From positions 11,598 through 75,597 of the forward strand of contig CAXTYC010000023.1 of NCBI GenBank assembly GCA_964248365.1: a stretch of DNA of 64,000 nucleotides. The letters are read 5' to 3'. A model generated the notes under the pieces. That model saw nothing but the letters and a program-made list of their open reading frames with translations, searched no databases and had not been told where the DNA came from. The position numbers were made by a program, and so were the translations under genes. The stretch is from an uncultured Chroococcidiopsis sp. Lineage in GTDB: Bacteria > Cyanobacteriota > Cyanobacteriia > Cyanobacteriales > Chroococcidiopsidaceae. Shown piece after piece: positions 39,894 to 49,583 of this stretch (position 1 is its first letter; the number at the start of each line of letters is the position of its first letter).

Positions 39894-40670
39894 GTGAGTT
39901 CAGTCTGTATTGAAATTGTAGAGGGGAATCCACATTTGCGATCGCTGCTGTGTTGGCACTTGCAACAGGTAGGCTATCGAGTGCATCAAGCCGCCAGTCT
40001 TTACCAAGCGCGAGATGTGTTTTTAACACGCCAGCCAACATTGATCGTACTTGATACTGAACTTGCCGATGGTGATGGACTCGAATTTTGCCGTTGGTTA
40101 CAGCGACAGCAACAGCCGTTAATTTTAATGCTGTCTATCCGTAACACTGAAACTGATATTGTCACTGGGCTGAAGGCAGGAGCAGATGATTATCTCACAA
40201 AACCATTTGGGATGCAAGAGTTTTTAGCGCGGGTAGAAGCACTATTGCGGCGAAATCGTACACCAGTTGCACCTGCATATTTGGATTATGGAATTTTACA
40301 AATCGATTTGGTGCAGCGTCGTGTGTGTTTTCAAGGCGAATACATTGATTTGACACCCCAGGAATTCAGCTTGCTCTATGTTTTAGCTCAAGCGGGTGGT
40401 TTACCTTTGAGTAGATCGGAATTGCTACGTCGCGCTTGGCCTGATGCAATCGATAATCCTCGTACTATAGATACTCATGTGCTGTCTCTACGCAAAAAAG
40501 TCGAAACTGATCCGCGACAGCCTAGTTTAATTCAAACTGTGCGTAATGTGGGATATCGGTTTAATGTAGAAATGCTCAAAGCAACGAGTGTACAGCCATC
40601 AGAGGCATTCAAGCGTCAAAAGTCCAGTACCGATCATCCTCAGCGCTCAGCCTTGAGTAGTCAGTTTTGA
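39894..40670 (+). CDS. nrrA: OmpR-family nitrogen-regulated response regulator NrrA
   Basis: SVCIEIVEGNPHLRSLL...AWPDAIDNPRTIDTHVLSLRKK as recalled for All4312/NrrA; canonical NtcA promoter upstream. Confidence 0.9.
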   Translation: MSSVCIEIVEGNPHLRSLLCWHLQQVGYRVHQAASLYQARDVFLTRQPTLIVLDTELADGDGLEFCRWLQRQQQPLILMLSIRNTETDIVTGLKAGADDYLTKPFGMQEFLARVEALLRRNRTPVAPAYLDYGILQIDLVQRRVCFQGEYIDLTPQEFSLLYVLAQAGGLPLSRSELLRRAWPDAIDNPRTIDTHVLSLRKKVETDPRQPSLIQTVRNVGYRFNVEMLKATSVQPSEAFKRQKSSTDHPQRSALSSQF

Positions 40671-41100
40671 ATTAATTAACAGTATTGCACGAATACGCAA
40701 GCATGGACTGTGTTTACATTCGTGCGGCTGTTTGTTCATTCCGCCTCTTTTACTTAAAATGATTATAAAAACAGTAGTTTACATTATATACTAAATTTAT
40801 AGTATTTATTTACAAAATTTACAGAAAGTCATGGTATTCTCATAAAATACCTCTTTTGGTACTTCCAGATCTGCCTGCGAAGTAACTACTCTACTAATCG
40901 TTAAGACAGTGAGAAAGGATACAAAATAAGGTGATTTTCGGGATAATCCCTTCATTTCTGGACGAAAAGTTCAGAAGGCTTTTAGTATTCATTAGATTGC
41001 GGTTTCAGGCAACGCGATGGCTGACCAATTTAGGATAGAAACGAAGTTGTGAGATGCGTAGCGTTGATTCCTGCTAACTGTTGAGTAAAGGCACAAGAAT

Positions 41101-42342
41101 ATGAGTAATGTCCAGGCAAAATTTTCAGCAACCGAAAATACATTTCATGTAGAAGGCTACGAGAAAATTGAGTTCAGTTTCGTCTTTGTCAACGGCGCTT
41201 TCGATGTAAAGAACACAGAACTAGCAGACAGCTACAAAAAATTTGGTCGTTGTCTAGCTGTAGTTGACCATAACGTGAATCGGCTCTACGGAGAGCAAAT
41301 TGAAGCATATTTCAAGCACTACAACATTGACCTTACCGTCTTTCCTGTTGCAATTAGCGAACCTACTAAGACCATAGAAACATTTGAATCAATCATAGAT
41401 GCTTTCGCAGATTTCGGTCTGGTACGTAAAGAGCCAGTGCTAATTGTAGGCGGCGGATTGGTGACAGATGTTGCAGGCTTCGCTTGTGCGGCTTACCGTC
41501 GCAGCACCAACTACATCCGCATTCCCACTACACTAATCGGTTTAGTCGATGCAGGAGTAGCAATCAAAGTTGCTGTCAATCACGGGAAGCTCAAAAACCG
41601 CTTGGGTGCATACCACGCACCACAAAAAGTGTTGATGGACTTCTCCTTCTTGCGGACACTCCCCACGCCAGAAGTCCGTAATGGTATGGCGGAATTGGTG
41701 AAAATTGCTGTTGTCTCAAACGCCCAAGTGTTCGAGCTGCTGTGCGAGTATGGGGAAGATTTACTTAATACTCACTTTGGCTACCTTGGCGGTACGGGCG
41801 AACTGAAGGAAGCCGCTCATCGGGTGAAATATGAGTCGATCAAAACGATGCTAGAATTGGAGACTCCCAATCTCCACGAGCTAGATCTAGACCGCGTAAT
41901 CGCCTACGGTCATACTTGGAGTCCTACATTAGAATTGGCTCCGGCTGTACCACTGCTGCACGGTCATGCAGTAAATATTGATATGGCATTGTCAGCAACG
42001 ATCGCAGCGAAGCGGGGTTACATTACAATCGAAGAGCGGGATCGCATTTTGGGACTAATGAGCCGCATCGGTTTAGCCTTGGATCATCCTCTACTCGATA
42101 GCGACCTATTGTGGTATAGTACACAGTCGATCACCCAAACGCGAGACGGATTACAACGAGCTGCAATGCCAAGACCAATTGGACATTGCTTCTTCGTCAA
42201 CGATATGACGCGGGAAGAACTCGATGCAGTTCTTGCCGATCACAAACGCATCTGTGCCTCGTACCCCCGTGCTGGTGCAGGTGTCGATGGCTATGTAGGT
42301 AGCTACCAACAAAATTTAGTGGAGAGTACAGCCAATGTCTAG
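41101..42342 (+). CDS. mysA: Sedoheptulose-7-phosphate cyclase (DDG/EEV synthase) for mycosporine synthesis
   Basis: [54 protein letters not shown]. Confidence 0.95.
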   Translation: MSNVQAKFSATENTFHVEGYEKIEFSFVFVNGAFDVKNTELADSYKKFGRCLAVVDHNVNRLYGEQIEAYFKHYNIDLTVFPVAISEPTKTIETFESIIDAFADFGLVRKEPVLIVGGGLVTDVAGFACAAYRRSTNYIRIPTTLIGLVDAGVAIKVAVNHGKLKNRLGAYHAPQKVLMDFSFLRTLPTPEVRNGMAELVKIAVVSNAQVFELLCEYGEDLLNTHFGYLGGTGELKEAAHRVKYESIKTMLELETPNLHELDLDRVIAYGHTWSPTLELAPAVPLLHGHAVNIDMALSATIAAKRGYITIEERDRILGLMSRIGLALDHPLLDSDLLWYSTQSITQTRDGLQRAAMPRPIGHCFFVNDMTREELDAVLADHKRICASYPRAGAGVDGYVGSYQQNLVESTANV

Positions 42343-43168
42343 TGCTGCTGACGTGGAAAGTCCTCGTCCCGTCACACCATTGGGTATTTTGGTAGAGCAT
42401 CTCGAAACTGCGGTAAGCATGGTCGAGGCAGAACCAAATGTGCCTACTGCTGTAAAAGCGCACTTACAAAAAGCCTTGCGTCTGGGCGCAGGTTTAGACC
42501 CTTACATCGAAGAGTATACGACAAAAGAATCTCCAGCCCTGAGCGCGATCGCCCAAAAAACTCATACTGAGGATTGGAGTAAGCGGTTTTCAGATGGTGC
42601 TACCGTGCGTCAATTAGAGCAAGAGATGCTGTCGGGACACCTGGAAGGGCAGGTACTCAAGATGTTCGTCTACATGACCCGTGCCAAAAGCATATTGGAC
42701 ATTGGGATGTTTACAGGGTACTCAGCTCTTGCGATGGCAGAAGCTTTACCTGCTGACGGGTGTTTAGTAGCCTGTGAGGTGGATCAATATGTCGCCTCTT
42801 TTGCCCAAGGTCTATTCCAAGGTTCCCCGCACGGGGCAAAAATTCAGGTCGAATTAGGTTCAGCACTTGCTACCCTCGAAAAGCTTGCACAAAAGGAAGA
42901 ATCCTTCGATTTGGTATTTATTGATGCCGACAAAAAGGAGTATGTGCAGTATTTCCAAACTTTGTTGGACACTAACTTGCTAGCACCTCAAGGGTTTATC
43001 TGTGTAGACAATACCTTGTTGCAGGGACAAGTTTACCTTCCCGAACAAGAAAGAACCCCCAATGGAGAAGCGATCGCCACTTTCAACCAGGTCGTTGCTA
43101 ACGATTCCCGTGTTGAGCAAGTGATACTGCCTTTGCGAGACGGCTTGACGATCATCAGGCGAGTGTAG
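42335..43168 (+). CDS. mysB: O-methyltransferase of mycosporine synthesis
   Basis: [37 protein letters not shown]; overlaps mysA by 8 nt. Confidence 0.95.
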   Translation: MSSAADVESPRPVTPLGILVEHLETAVSMVEAEPNVPTAVKAHLQKALRLGAGLDPYIEEYTTKESPALSAIAQKTHTEDWSKRFSDGATVRQLEQEMLSGHLEGQVLKMFVYMTRAKSILDIGMFTGYSALAMAEALPADGCLVACEVDQYVASFAQGLFQGSPHGAKIQVELGSALATLEKLAQKEESFDLVFIDADKKEYVQYFQTLLDTNLLAPQGFICVDNTLLQGQVYLPEQERTPNGEAIATFNQVVANDSRVEQVILPLRDGLTIIRRV

Positions 43169-43170
43169 TC

Positions 43171-43233
43171 ATAGGGGCGGGTTTAACAAACAATCAATTG
43201 GGCAATAGATAACCCAAATAAACCCGCCCGTAT
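43171..43233. repeat. REP-like palindromic element between mysB and mysC
   Basis: ATAGGGGCGGGTTTA...TAAACCCGCCCGTAT, same arms as 35898-35961. Confidence 0.75.
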
Positions 43234-43277
43234 CCACGTTCTAGGGGTGAGGTTGATCCACACTTTTAAGGCTATAT

Positions 43278-44642
43278 ATGGTGCAACAACAATCTACACA
43301 AGGGCGTGTTTTCGCCGCCTTCCAAAATTTGGGGACGCTGGCGTTACTGGCGATCGCTTTTCCCTTTAACTGCATCGTCGTCTTAACATCGCTGCTATGG
43401 AACTTTTTGAGCCGACCGTTCCAGCAGCAAGTTGTTTTCAACCCCAATTCCAAAAATATCTTGATCGCTGGCAGTAGGATGACTAAAGCCCTTCAGCTAG
43501 CGCGATCGTTTCATGCCGCTGGGCATCGAGCCATTTTAGTTGATACCGATAAATACTGGTTAGCTGGTAATCAATTTTCCAACGCTGTCGCTGCCTCTTA
43601 CACAGTACCCGATCCAAGCAAAGATTTAGAAGGCTATACTAAAGCCCTATATGCGATCGCCATCAAAGAAAAGATCGACTTTTTTATTCCGGTAGCCATT
43701 TTCGCTGTCATCTACTATGACTCGCAAGGTAAACCACCGTTACCAGACGATGTAGAGTTTTTCCACTTCGATGCTGATGTCACAAAAATGCTAGATGACA
43801 AGTTCGCCTTTGCCGAAAGGGCGCGAAGTTTCTCGTTATCAGTCCCCAAATCGTTCCTAATTACCAACCCCGAACAAGTCCTCAACTTCGACTTTTCCAA
43901 CGAGAAAAATAAGTACATCCTCAAAAGCATTCCCTACGACCAAATACGTCGCTTGGATCTCACCAAGTTACCTTGTGATACCCCAGCGCAAACAGCAGAA
44001 TTTGTCAATAGTCTGCCTATCAGCCCAGAGAAGCCCTGGATTATGCAGGAATTTATTTCCGGCAAGGAATACTGCACTCACAGTACCGTAAGAGACGGAG
44101 AGACAACAATGTACTGCTGCTGTGAGTCATCCGCCTTTCAAGTCAACTACGAAAACGTTGATAAGCCTAAAATTATGGAATGGGCGACTCATTTTGCCAA
44201 AGAACTGGGACGTACTGGGCAGCTCTCCTTTGACTTTATTGAGGCTCCTGACGGAACTCCTTACGCGATCGAGTGCAACCCCCGCACTCACTCTGCCATT
44301 ACTATGTTTTACAACCACCCAGGAGTAGCGGATGCCTATCTCGATAAAGACGTTGCAAGCAAAACCTCTACAATTTATCCTTTGCAACCGCTTCCTGATA
44401 GTAAGCCTACCTATTGGCTGTACCACGAACTCTGGAGACTTAATGAGGTTAGATCGTTAAAGCAATTACAAACTTGGGTAAGAAATATTTTGCGGGGGAA
44501 AGACGCAATTTTTGAGGTGAGCGATCCCCTACCCTTCCTGATGGTACACCACTGGCAAATTCCCTTACTCCTGCTCGACAATCTATTAAGACTCAAAGGC
44601 TGGATCAGAATAGATTTTAACATTGGTGAACTTATAGAGTAA
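43278..44642 (+). CDS. mysC: ATP-grasp amino-acid ligase of mycosporine synthesis
   Basis: MTKALQLARSFHAAGH, LDDKFAF, WIMQEFISGKEYCTH, IECNPRTHSAIT. Confidence 0.93.
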   Translation: MVQQQSTQGRVFAAFQNLGTLALLAIAFPFNCIVVLTSLLWNFLSRPFQQQVVFNPNSKNILIAGSRMTKALQLARSFHAAGHRAILVDTDKYWLAGNQFSNAVAASYTVPDPSKDLEGYTKALYAIAIKEKIDFFIPVAIFAVIYYDSQGKPPLPDDVEFFHFDADVTKMLDDKFAFAERARSFSLSVPKSFLITNPEQVLNFDFSNEKNKYILKSIPYDQIRRLDLTKLPCDTPAQTAEFVNSLPISPEKPWIMQEFISGKEYCTHSTVRDGETTMYCCCESSAFQVNYENVDKPKIMEWATHFAKELGRTGQLSFDFIEAPDGTPYAIECNPRTHSAITMFYNHPGVADAYLDKDVASKTSTIYPLQPLPDSKPTYWLYHELWRLNEVRSLKQLQTWVRNILRGKDAIFEVSDPLPFLMVHHWQIPLLLLDNLLRLKGWIRIDFNIGELIE

Positions 44643-44647
44643 AAATT

Positions 44648-45825
44648 ATGCCTTGGTAGCCTCTCAACAAGTATTGCTGAGATTTCTGGTTCGCTTGGCA
44701 AGGGGAAACTTTATATGTTTTCTATCTCCAAGCTAATAAACTCACTTGTAGCTACAATCCAGAACGAAGACATAATTTAGCATCTATTGGTCACGCCGTC
44801 TTGACTAATTTTGGTTGGCAAGAAATCAATCCCGATCAGCCAGTCATTTCAAACAGAGATGGAAACTTTTGGAATAATCTTTCAATTTGGACAGGAAGTA
44901 TTATCGAAAAAGAAGGCTTATATTATCTGTTCTACACAGCAAGATGCAAAGACGAAGCGTGGGTGGAAACACCTTACGAGCGACGTATACCTCAAAACAT
45001 TGGTGTAGCTGTGTCGGAGGATTTAAAGACTTGGACTAGAACCCTCACCTCGTTAGAAAAACCTGTTATTCCCAATCCTGGTATAGATAGTCAATTTGAC
45101 GGCATAAACTGGCGCGATCCTTATGTGATTAAAGACGATATAGATGGGCAGTTTTATGCTTTTATCTGTGCTCATCCAAAAGATACTTCTGCCGATGCTG
45201 GTGGTGTTATCGCTTATGCCACTTCTAAGGATTTATCTAATTGGCAAGACGAACCTTATCGAATTTTGTACAGCAGCAATAAATTTTTATTTACTGAAGT
45301 TCCTCAAGTTTTTTGGCGAAAGACTAACGACTTGAAATCCTGGCGCTTGTACTTTTTGTTTAGTCCTCGCTGGAGTTCCTTTTTTAATAGAGAAATACCA
45401 ACTGGTATTACATATTATGTCCATTATGTACCCATAGAAAATAGAAAAAAGGTCAGTTATGACAATATTCCTTGGGAGACAGAGCCAGCTAAGATACTTG
45501 TTAAAGGTCTACATGGTGGGAAGCTGATCGAGCCAGAAAAAGAAGAAAATCCGGTTCATCATTATAATGGTATGTTTCTGACACAGTTGAAGGTCCTTAT
45601 CATCCAAGAAATGAAGATGACTTTATTGTCAAAGGTAGCGAGACAACTGGAATGTATGGAACCAACTTTCTGCAAGTATCGACAGATCCAGAAGAATGGA
45701 TTGCTTATGGTTGGTATCACAGATTGCACGCTTTAGCAGTTTCCCAAGCGTTTCGAGTTGACTGGAAGAATACATGGAATCTGGATACTTTGAAAATTTC
45801 TCTTACCAGTACAGGGCTTAAGTGA
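44648..45825 (+). pseudogene. GH32/GH68/GH43-like five-bladed beta-propeller glycoside hydrolase, disrupted
   Basis: From ATG 44648: MPW*PLNKYC*DFWFAWQGETLYVFYLQA...RHNLASIGHAV (stops at 44657 and 44678), in frame with ORF 44801 (WTGS, WRDPYV, FTEVPQ); second frameshift near 45560, with the shifted frame (WYVSDTVEGPY...) ending TGA at 45823-45825. Confidence 0.75.
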
Positions 45826-45830
45826 GTTTC

Positions 45831-45883
45831 GCGCAAAGACGCAAAGGCGCTAAGAAGCTCTTTGTGTCTTTGCGCCTTTGCGT
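45831..45883. repeat. CGCAAAG-type hairpin repeat
   Basis: CGCAAAGACGCAAAGGCGC...CTTTGTGTCTTTGCGCCTTTGCG; partial copies near 37750 and 57977. Confidence 0.65.
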
Positions 45884-45946
45884 GAGATAATACCACCGAG
45901 GAATCCTTTTAGGGCAAAATAGTAAGTTGCAGCATTCGGTCAGTTT

Positions 45947-47098
45947 ATGCCCTCTCGTTCACTTGATGCTTATGAGAGTACAGCTACCCAAAAGCAAGTA
46001 ATTGGTGTAGCAGTAGTGGGGACTGGATTTGGTCAAAAAGTCCACATCCCTGGATTTGATGCTAATCCCCAAACTCAGGTAGTTGCTGTTTATCATCAGG
46101 ATTTGGAAAAAGCAAAAGCGATCGCCTCCTCTCACAACATCCCCCACGCTTGTCATACAATTGACGATATCCTTGCCCTGCCCGAAGTGCAAGCAGTCAG
46201 CATCTCGACACCGCCATTTCTACATTACGAGATGGCGAAACAAGTCATACAAGCGGGAAAGCATCTGTTACTAGAAAAACCTACAACTCTGAGTGCAGAG
46301 GAAGCACGAGAGTTATATCATCTGGCTAAACAAAAAAGAGTAATTGCTACCCTGGATTTTGAATATCGCTTTGTTCCAGCATGGCAGTGTTTAGCAGAAC
46401 TGCTATCTGAAGATTATGTAGGTAAGAAGCGTTTAATTAAAATTGATTGGCTAGTTTCCAGTCGTGCTGATGCATCCCGTCCTTGGAATTGGTATTCTCG
46501 TAAAGATCAAGGTGGTGGAGCGTTGGGAGCATTAGGTTCTCATGCTTTCGATTATATTAACTGGTTATTTGGTTCGGTAAGCAAATTGTGCGCCCATCTA
46601 AGTACTAGCATACCAATGCGACCCGATCCAGTTAGCGGGGAATTGAAGCGGGTGGATGCGGATGACACCTGTACGATCATGCTGGAATTAGCAGATGGTA
46701 CGCCTTGTCAGGTTTGTATTAGTGCGGCTGTCTATGCGCCTCGTACTCATGGTGTAGAAGTTTATGGCGATCGCGGTACTCTAGTTTTAGGCAGTAATAA
46801 TCAAAAAGATTATATTCACGGGTTTCATCTGTCAGGTAGTCAAGCCGGACAACCTTTAGTCCAGTTAGAAATTCCCATGCGTCTTAATTTTGGCAAAACT
46901 TACACTGATGGGCGCATTGCAGCATTTATTCGAGTAGTAGATTACTGGGTACAAGCAATTGACAAAGGGGAAGCAACAGCACCCTCACTGCGCGAAGGCG
47001 TTTACTCTCAGTTGTTGATGGATCTTAGTCACACCTCCCATCAACAGCGCAGTTGGGTAGATGTACCTCAGTTAGAAACGTTTTTGGCTGGTGGTTAA
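45947..47098 (+). CDS. Gfo/Idh/MocA-family oxidoreductase
   Basis: VVGTGFG, HLLLEKP, GGGALGALGSHAFD. Confidence 0.93.
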   Translation: MPSRSLDAYESTATQKQVIGVAVVGTGFGQKVHIPGFDANPQTQVVAVYHQDLEKAKAIASSHNIPHACHTIDDILALPEVQAVSISTPPFLHYEMAKQVIQAGKHLLLEKPTTLSAEEARELYHLAKQKRVIATLDFEYRFVPAWQCLAELLSEDYVGKKRLIKIDWLVSSRADASRPWNWYSRKDQGGGALGALGSHAFDYINWLFGSVSKLCAHLSTSIPMRPDPVSGELKRVDADDTCTIMLELADGTPCQVCISAAVYAPRTHGVEVYGDRGTLVLGSNNQKDYIHGFHLSGSQAGQPLVQLEIPMRLNFGKTYTDGRIAAFIRVVDYWVQAIDKGEATAPSLREGVYSQLLMDLSHTSHQQRSWVDVPQLETFLAGG

Positions 47099-47150
47099 GG
47101 TATTTAAAGAGATTAACCAACAATCTAAAGATAAAACTGATTAGCTATTC

Positions 47151-47846
47151 ATGAGTTATCTTCCATTTATTTCTGATCAAAAGCTGAAAAATGCAGTCCA
47201 AAATGTAGTTGATTGTATTTTAGAGACAGAACAAAAACAAGAAGAAGAAATGTATAAAAATGTTATAGACCCTTTTTCAGCAATTTTTGACGGTGCAGTA
47301 CAAGGCTTTAGTTTAGAAGCATGGCTTAAAAAAGAAAAATCTAGACAAGTTCAGAAAACAGTACAAAACCGAATAGGATATTTTCACCAAGAGATTTTAG
47401 GTAGCATTCCTGGCTGGACAACTCTAGATGAAGGTGTAGATGTTTGTAATCAAGAGAGGAAAATAATAGCGGAATTAAAGAATAAGTACAACACAGTTAA
47501 AGGAAGCGATAAGTTTGGTATTTATGATTATTTGTTATCGTGTTTAAGCAAACCAGAGTATCAAGACTTTACAGCCTACTATGTTGAAATTATTCCTAAA
47601 AACAGAACAGCCTACGATAAACCTTTTACTCCTTCAAGTAGAGAATCTGGGACGCGAAGACCTATGAATCAAAAAATCAGAGTAATAAGTGGGCAAGAAT
47701 TTTACAAATTAGCTACTGGCGAACCTAAAGCTTTAAGTATGCTATTTAATATATTACCAGACGTGATATGTGATGTTTCAGGATTAGAAAAACTTAGTGA
47801 ACAACAGAAGGCGACATTTAGAAGCTTGTTCGATAGAGCTTACTAA
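47151..47846 (+). CDS. Type II restriction endonuclease, Eco47II family (GGNCC-type, inferred)
   Basis: NVIDPFSAIFD, RQVQKTVQNRIGYFHQEILG, VDV...IIAELKNKYNT; convergent with a C5 MTase. Confidence 0.8.
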   Translation: MSYLPFISDQKLKNAVQNVVDCILETEQKQEEEMYKNVIDPFSAIFDGAVQGFSLEAWLKKEKSRQVQKTVQNRIGYFHQEILGSIPGWTTLDEGVDVCNQERKIIAELKNKYNTVKGSDKFGIYDYLLSCLSKPEYQDFTAYYVEIIPKNRTAYDKPFTPSSRESGTRRPMNQKIRVISGQEFYKLATGEPKALSMLFNILPDVICDVSGLEKLSEQQKATFRSLFDRAY

Positions 47847-47854
47847 CTTAATAA

Positions 47855-48904
47855 TTAATCTTCAGCATTTGATAAAGCACTGACTATTGCTCGTCCTAAG
47901 TGATAAGCAAAGTTTACAGGCACTGCATTGCCAATCTGCTGATATTTTGAACCAATACCTCCAATGAATTCCCAGTCATCTGGAAAGGTTTGAATTCTGG
48001 CATATTCCCTTACTGTAAATGGTCTGGTTTCATCTGGGTGACAGCGTTCAGTTTGTTTTTGTGATGGTGAAGTGGTCAGCGTTAAACTCGGCTCGTCCCA
48101 AGAGATTCGACGTGCCATACCTGTTCTTCCACCTGAGAGATAATAGCTTTTCATCATATAGCTTTTCTGAATATCTTCTGGTAAGTCTCGCCAACAGCCA
48201 CCAGGCGGCACTAAAGCTAAAATAGCAGCTTTTTTAGGGCTGTATTTCATTCCTTCAGAAGGTGGAACATTTTTTAGAGCATCTCTTACCGTAAGAATTC
48301 TTGCAGAAGGAGCAGGGTACACAAAGCGAATGCCTGAACGAATACCGATGATAATAACTCTTTCTCGCTTCTGCGGCACATCATAGTTAACCGCATTCAA
48401 CAAACGATAGTGAACGTCATAACCTAAAGATTCTAGGACTGATAAAACTGTTTTGAGAGTTTTACCTTTTTGATGACTAATTAAACCTCTTACATTTTCA
48501 GCTAGAAATAATTTAGGCTGTACCTCTTTTACACAACGTGCAAATTCATAAAACAAAGTACCACGAATATCTTCAAAACCTAAACCTTTACCTGCATAGC
48601 TGAAAGCTTGGCAAGGAAACCCCCCAGTAACAACATCTGCACTCATGCCATCAAAAGAAACCTTAGAGACATCAGCATGAATCACATTCCAATCTGGGCG
48701 ATTATGTCGAAGCGTTGCTACAGCATCTTTGTCAATTTCAATCAGCGCTTTGGCTTTTAATCCAGCCTGTTCTAATCCAAGCGCTAGACCGCCAGCCCCC
48801 GCGAAAAGCTCAATAACAGTGGCTGTAGTTGTGGTTGAAACTTGAACAGGGGGAGCAGTGTACGGGATATCTGGAAGTTTAAACAGATCTAGCTGCGTAT
48901 ACAT
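47855..48904 (-). CDS. DNA (cytosine-5)-methyltransferase
   Basis: ELFAGAGG, GGFPCQAFS, ENV, PQKRER, QIGNAVP motifs. Confidence 0.96.
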   Translation of the reverse strand: MYTQLDLFKLPDIPYTAPPVQVSTTTTATVIELFAGAGGLALGLEQAGLKAKALIEIDKDAVATLRHNRPDWNVIHADVSKVSFDGMSADVVTGGFPCQAFSYAGKGLGFEDIRGTLFYEFARCVKEVQPKLFLAENVRGLISHQKGKTLKTVLSVLESLGYDVHYRLLNAVNYDVPQKRERVIIIGIRSGIRFVYPAPSARILTVRDALKNVPPSEGMKYSPKKAAILALVPPGGCWRDLPEDIQKSYMMKSYYLSGGRTGMARRISWDEPSLTLTTSPSQKQTERCHPDETRPFTVREYARIQTFPDDWEFIGGIGSKYQQIGNAVPVNFAYHLGRAIVSALSNAED

Positions 48905-48991
48905 AATTAACGAGTATAAGTAATCTTTCTAATAAACTTGAGGCACTCCCGTAGTAACTGCGGTGTGTGAACTGCTTTCTCTTATTTGAGC

Positions 48992-49059
48992 AGCTAATTA
49001 GCTAATTGTCAATATAACTAAACAAAAATATATCTATTAATCAACACAGCTAATTAGCT
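48992..49059. promoter_or_regulatory. Two identical 12-bp palindromes in the MTase / small-ORF divergent intergenic region
   Basis: AGCTAATTAGCT at 48992-49003 and 49048-49059; TTGACA on the minus strand at 49007-49012 and TATACT on the plus strand at 49064-49069. Confidence 0.7.
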
Positions 49060-49102
49060 AAGCTATACTAAGAATTAACTCTATTCAGCAAAAATAGGCA
49101 AA

Positions 49103-49306
49103 ATGGCACAGACACAAAGAAAGCCTGTATATGTACAGCCAGAACATCACGACATATTAAGGCGAATTGCTTATGAGGAACGCTGCAATCTATCAGATGT
49201 ACTGGATGTGGTATTGGAACAAGCAGATTGGACAAAAGTTGCAAAAGAGGCAAGTAACAAACCTACTTACAGAGCAATGGAGAGAGGAGGTCAATATAAG
49301 GTTTGA
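49103..49306 (+). CDS. Small ribbon-helix-helix-like protein, putative R-M controller
   Basis: RKPVYV strand, PEHHDILRRIAYEE helix, LSDVLDVVLEQ helix pattern. Confidence 0.55.
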   Translation: MAQTQRKPVYVQPEHHDILRRIAYEERCNLSDVLDVVLEQADWTKVAKEASNKPTYRAMERGGQYKV

Positions 49307-49583
49307 TATATGATGTTTTCAACACCACTGGTAACGCATTTCTGCCAAATGAGACTCTAACCCCAATAGTTCCAACTGCAACGAAGCACTAGAAACTCTC
49401 CAACTGAATATCCTATATTTTGCACAATCAAGTCAAAGGATAGTTGGGTAAATGTACTCTAGTTAGAAACTTTTCTCACTGGTGAGTAATAACTAGCATC
49501 AGTAGATTTCACCAGGACATTAATCAATCATTAAATTAAATTTAAAAAAATCTATCAATGACTCCTGTAGGGAGTGAATACTA

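Noticed and set aside
40690-41100. LexA or other UV-regulatory box upstream of mysA
   Set aside because: No convincing match to the RGTAC-N3-DGTWC consensus found by eye.
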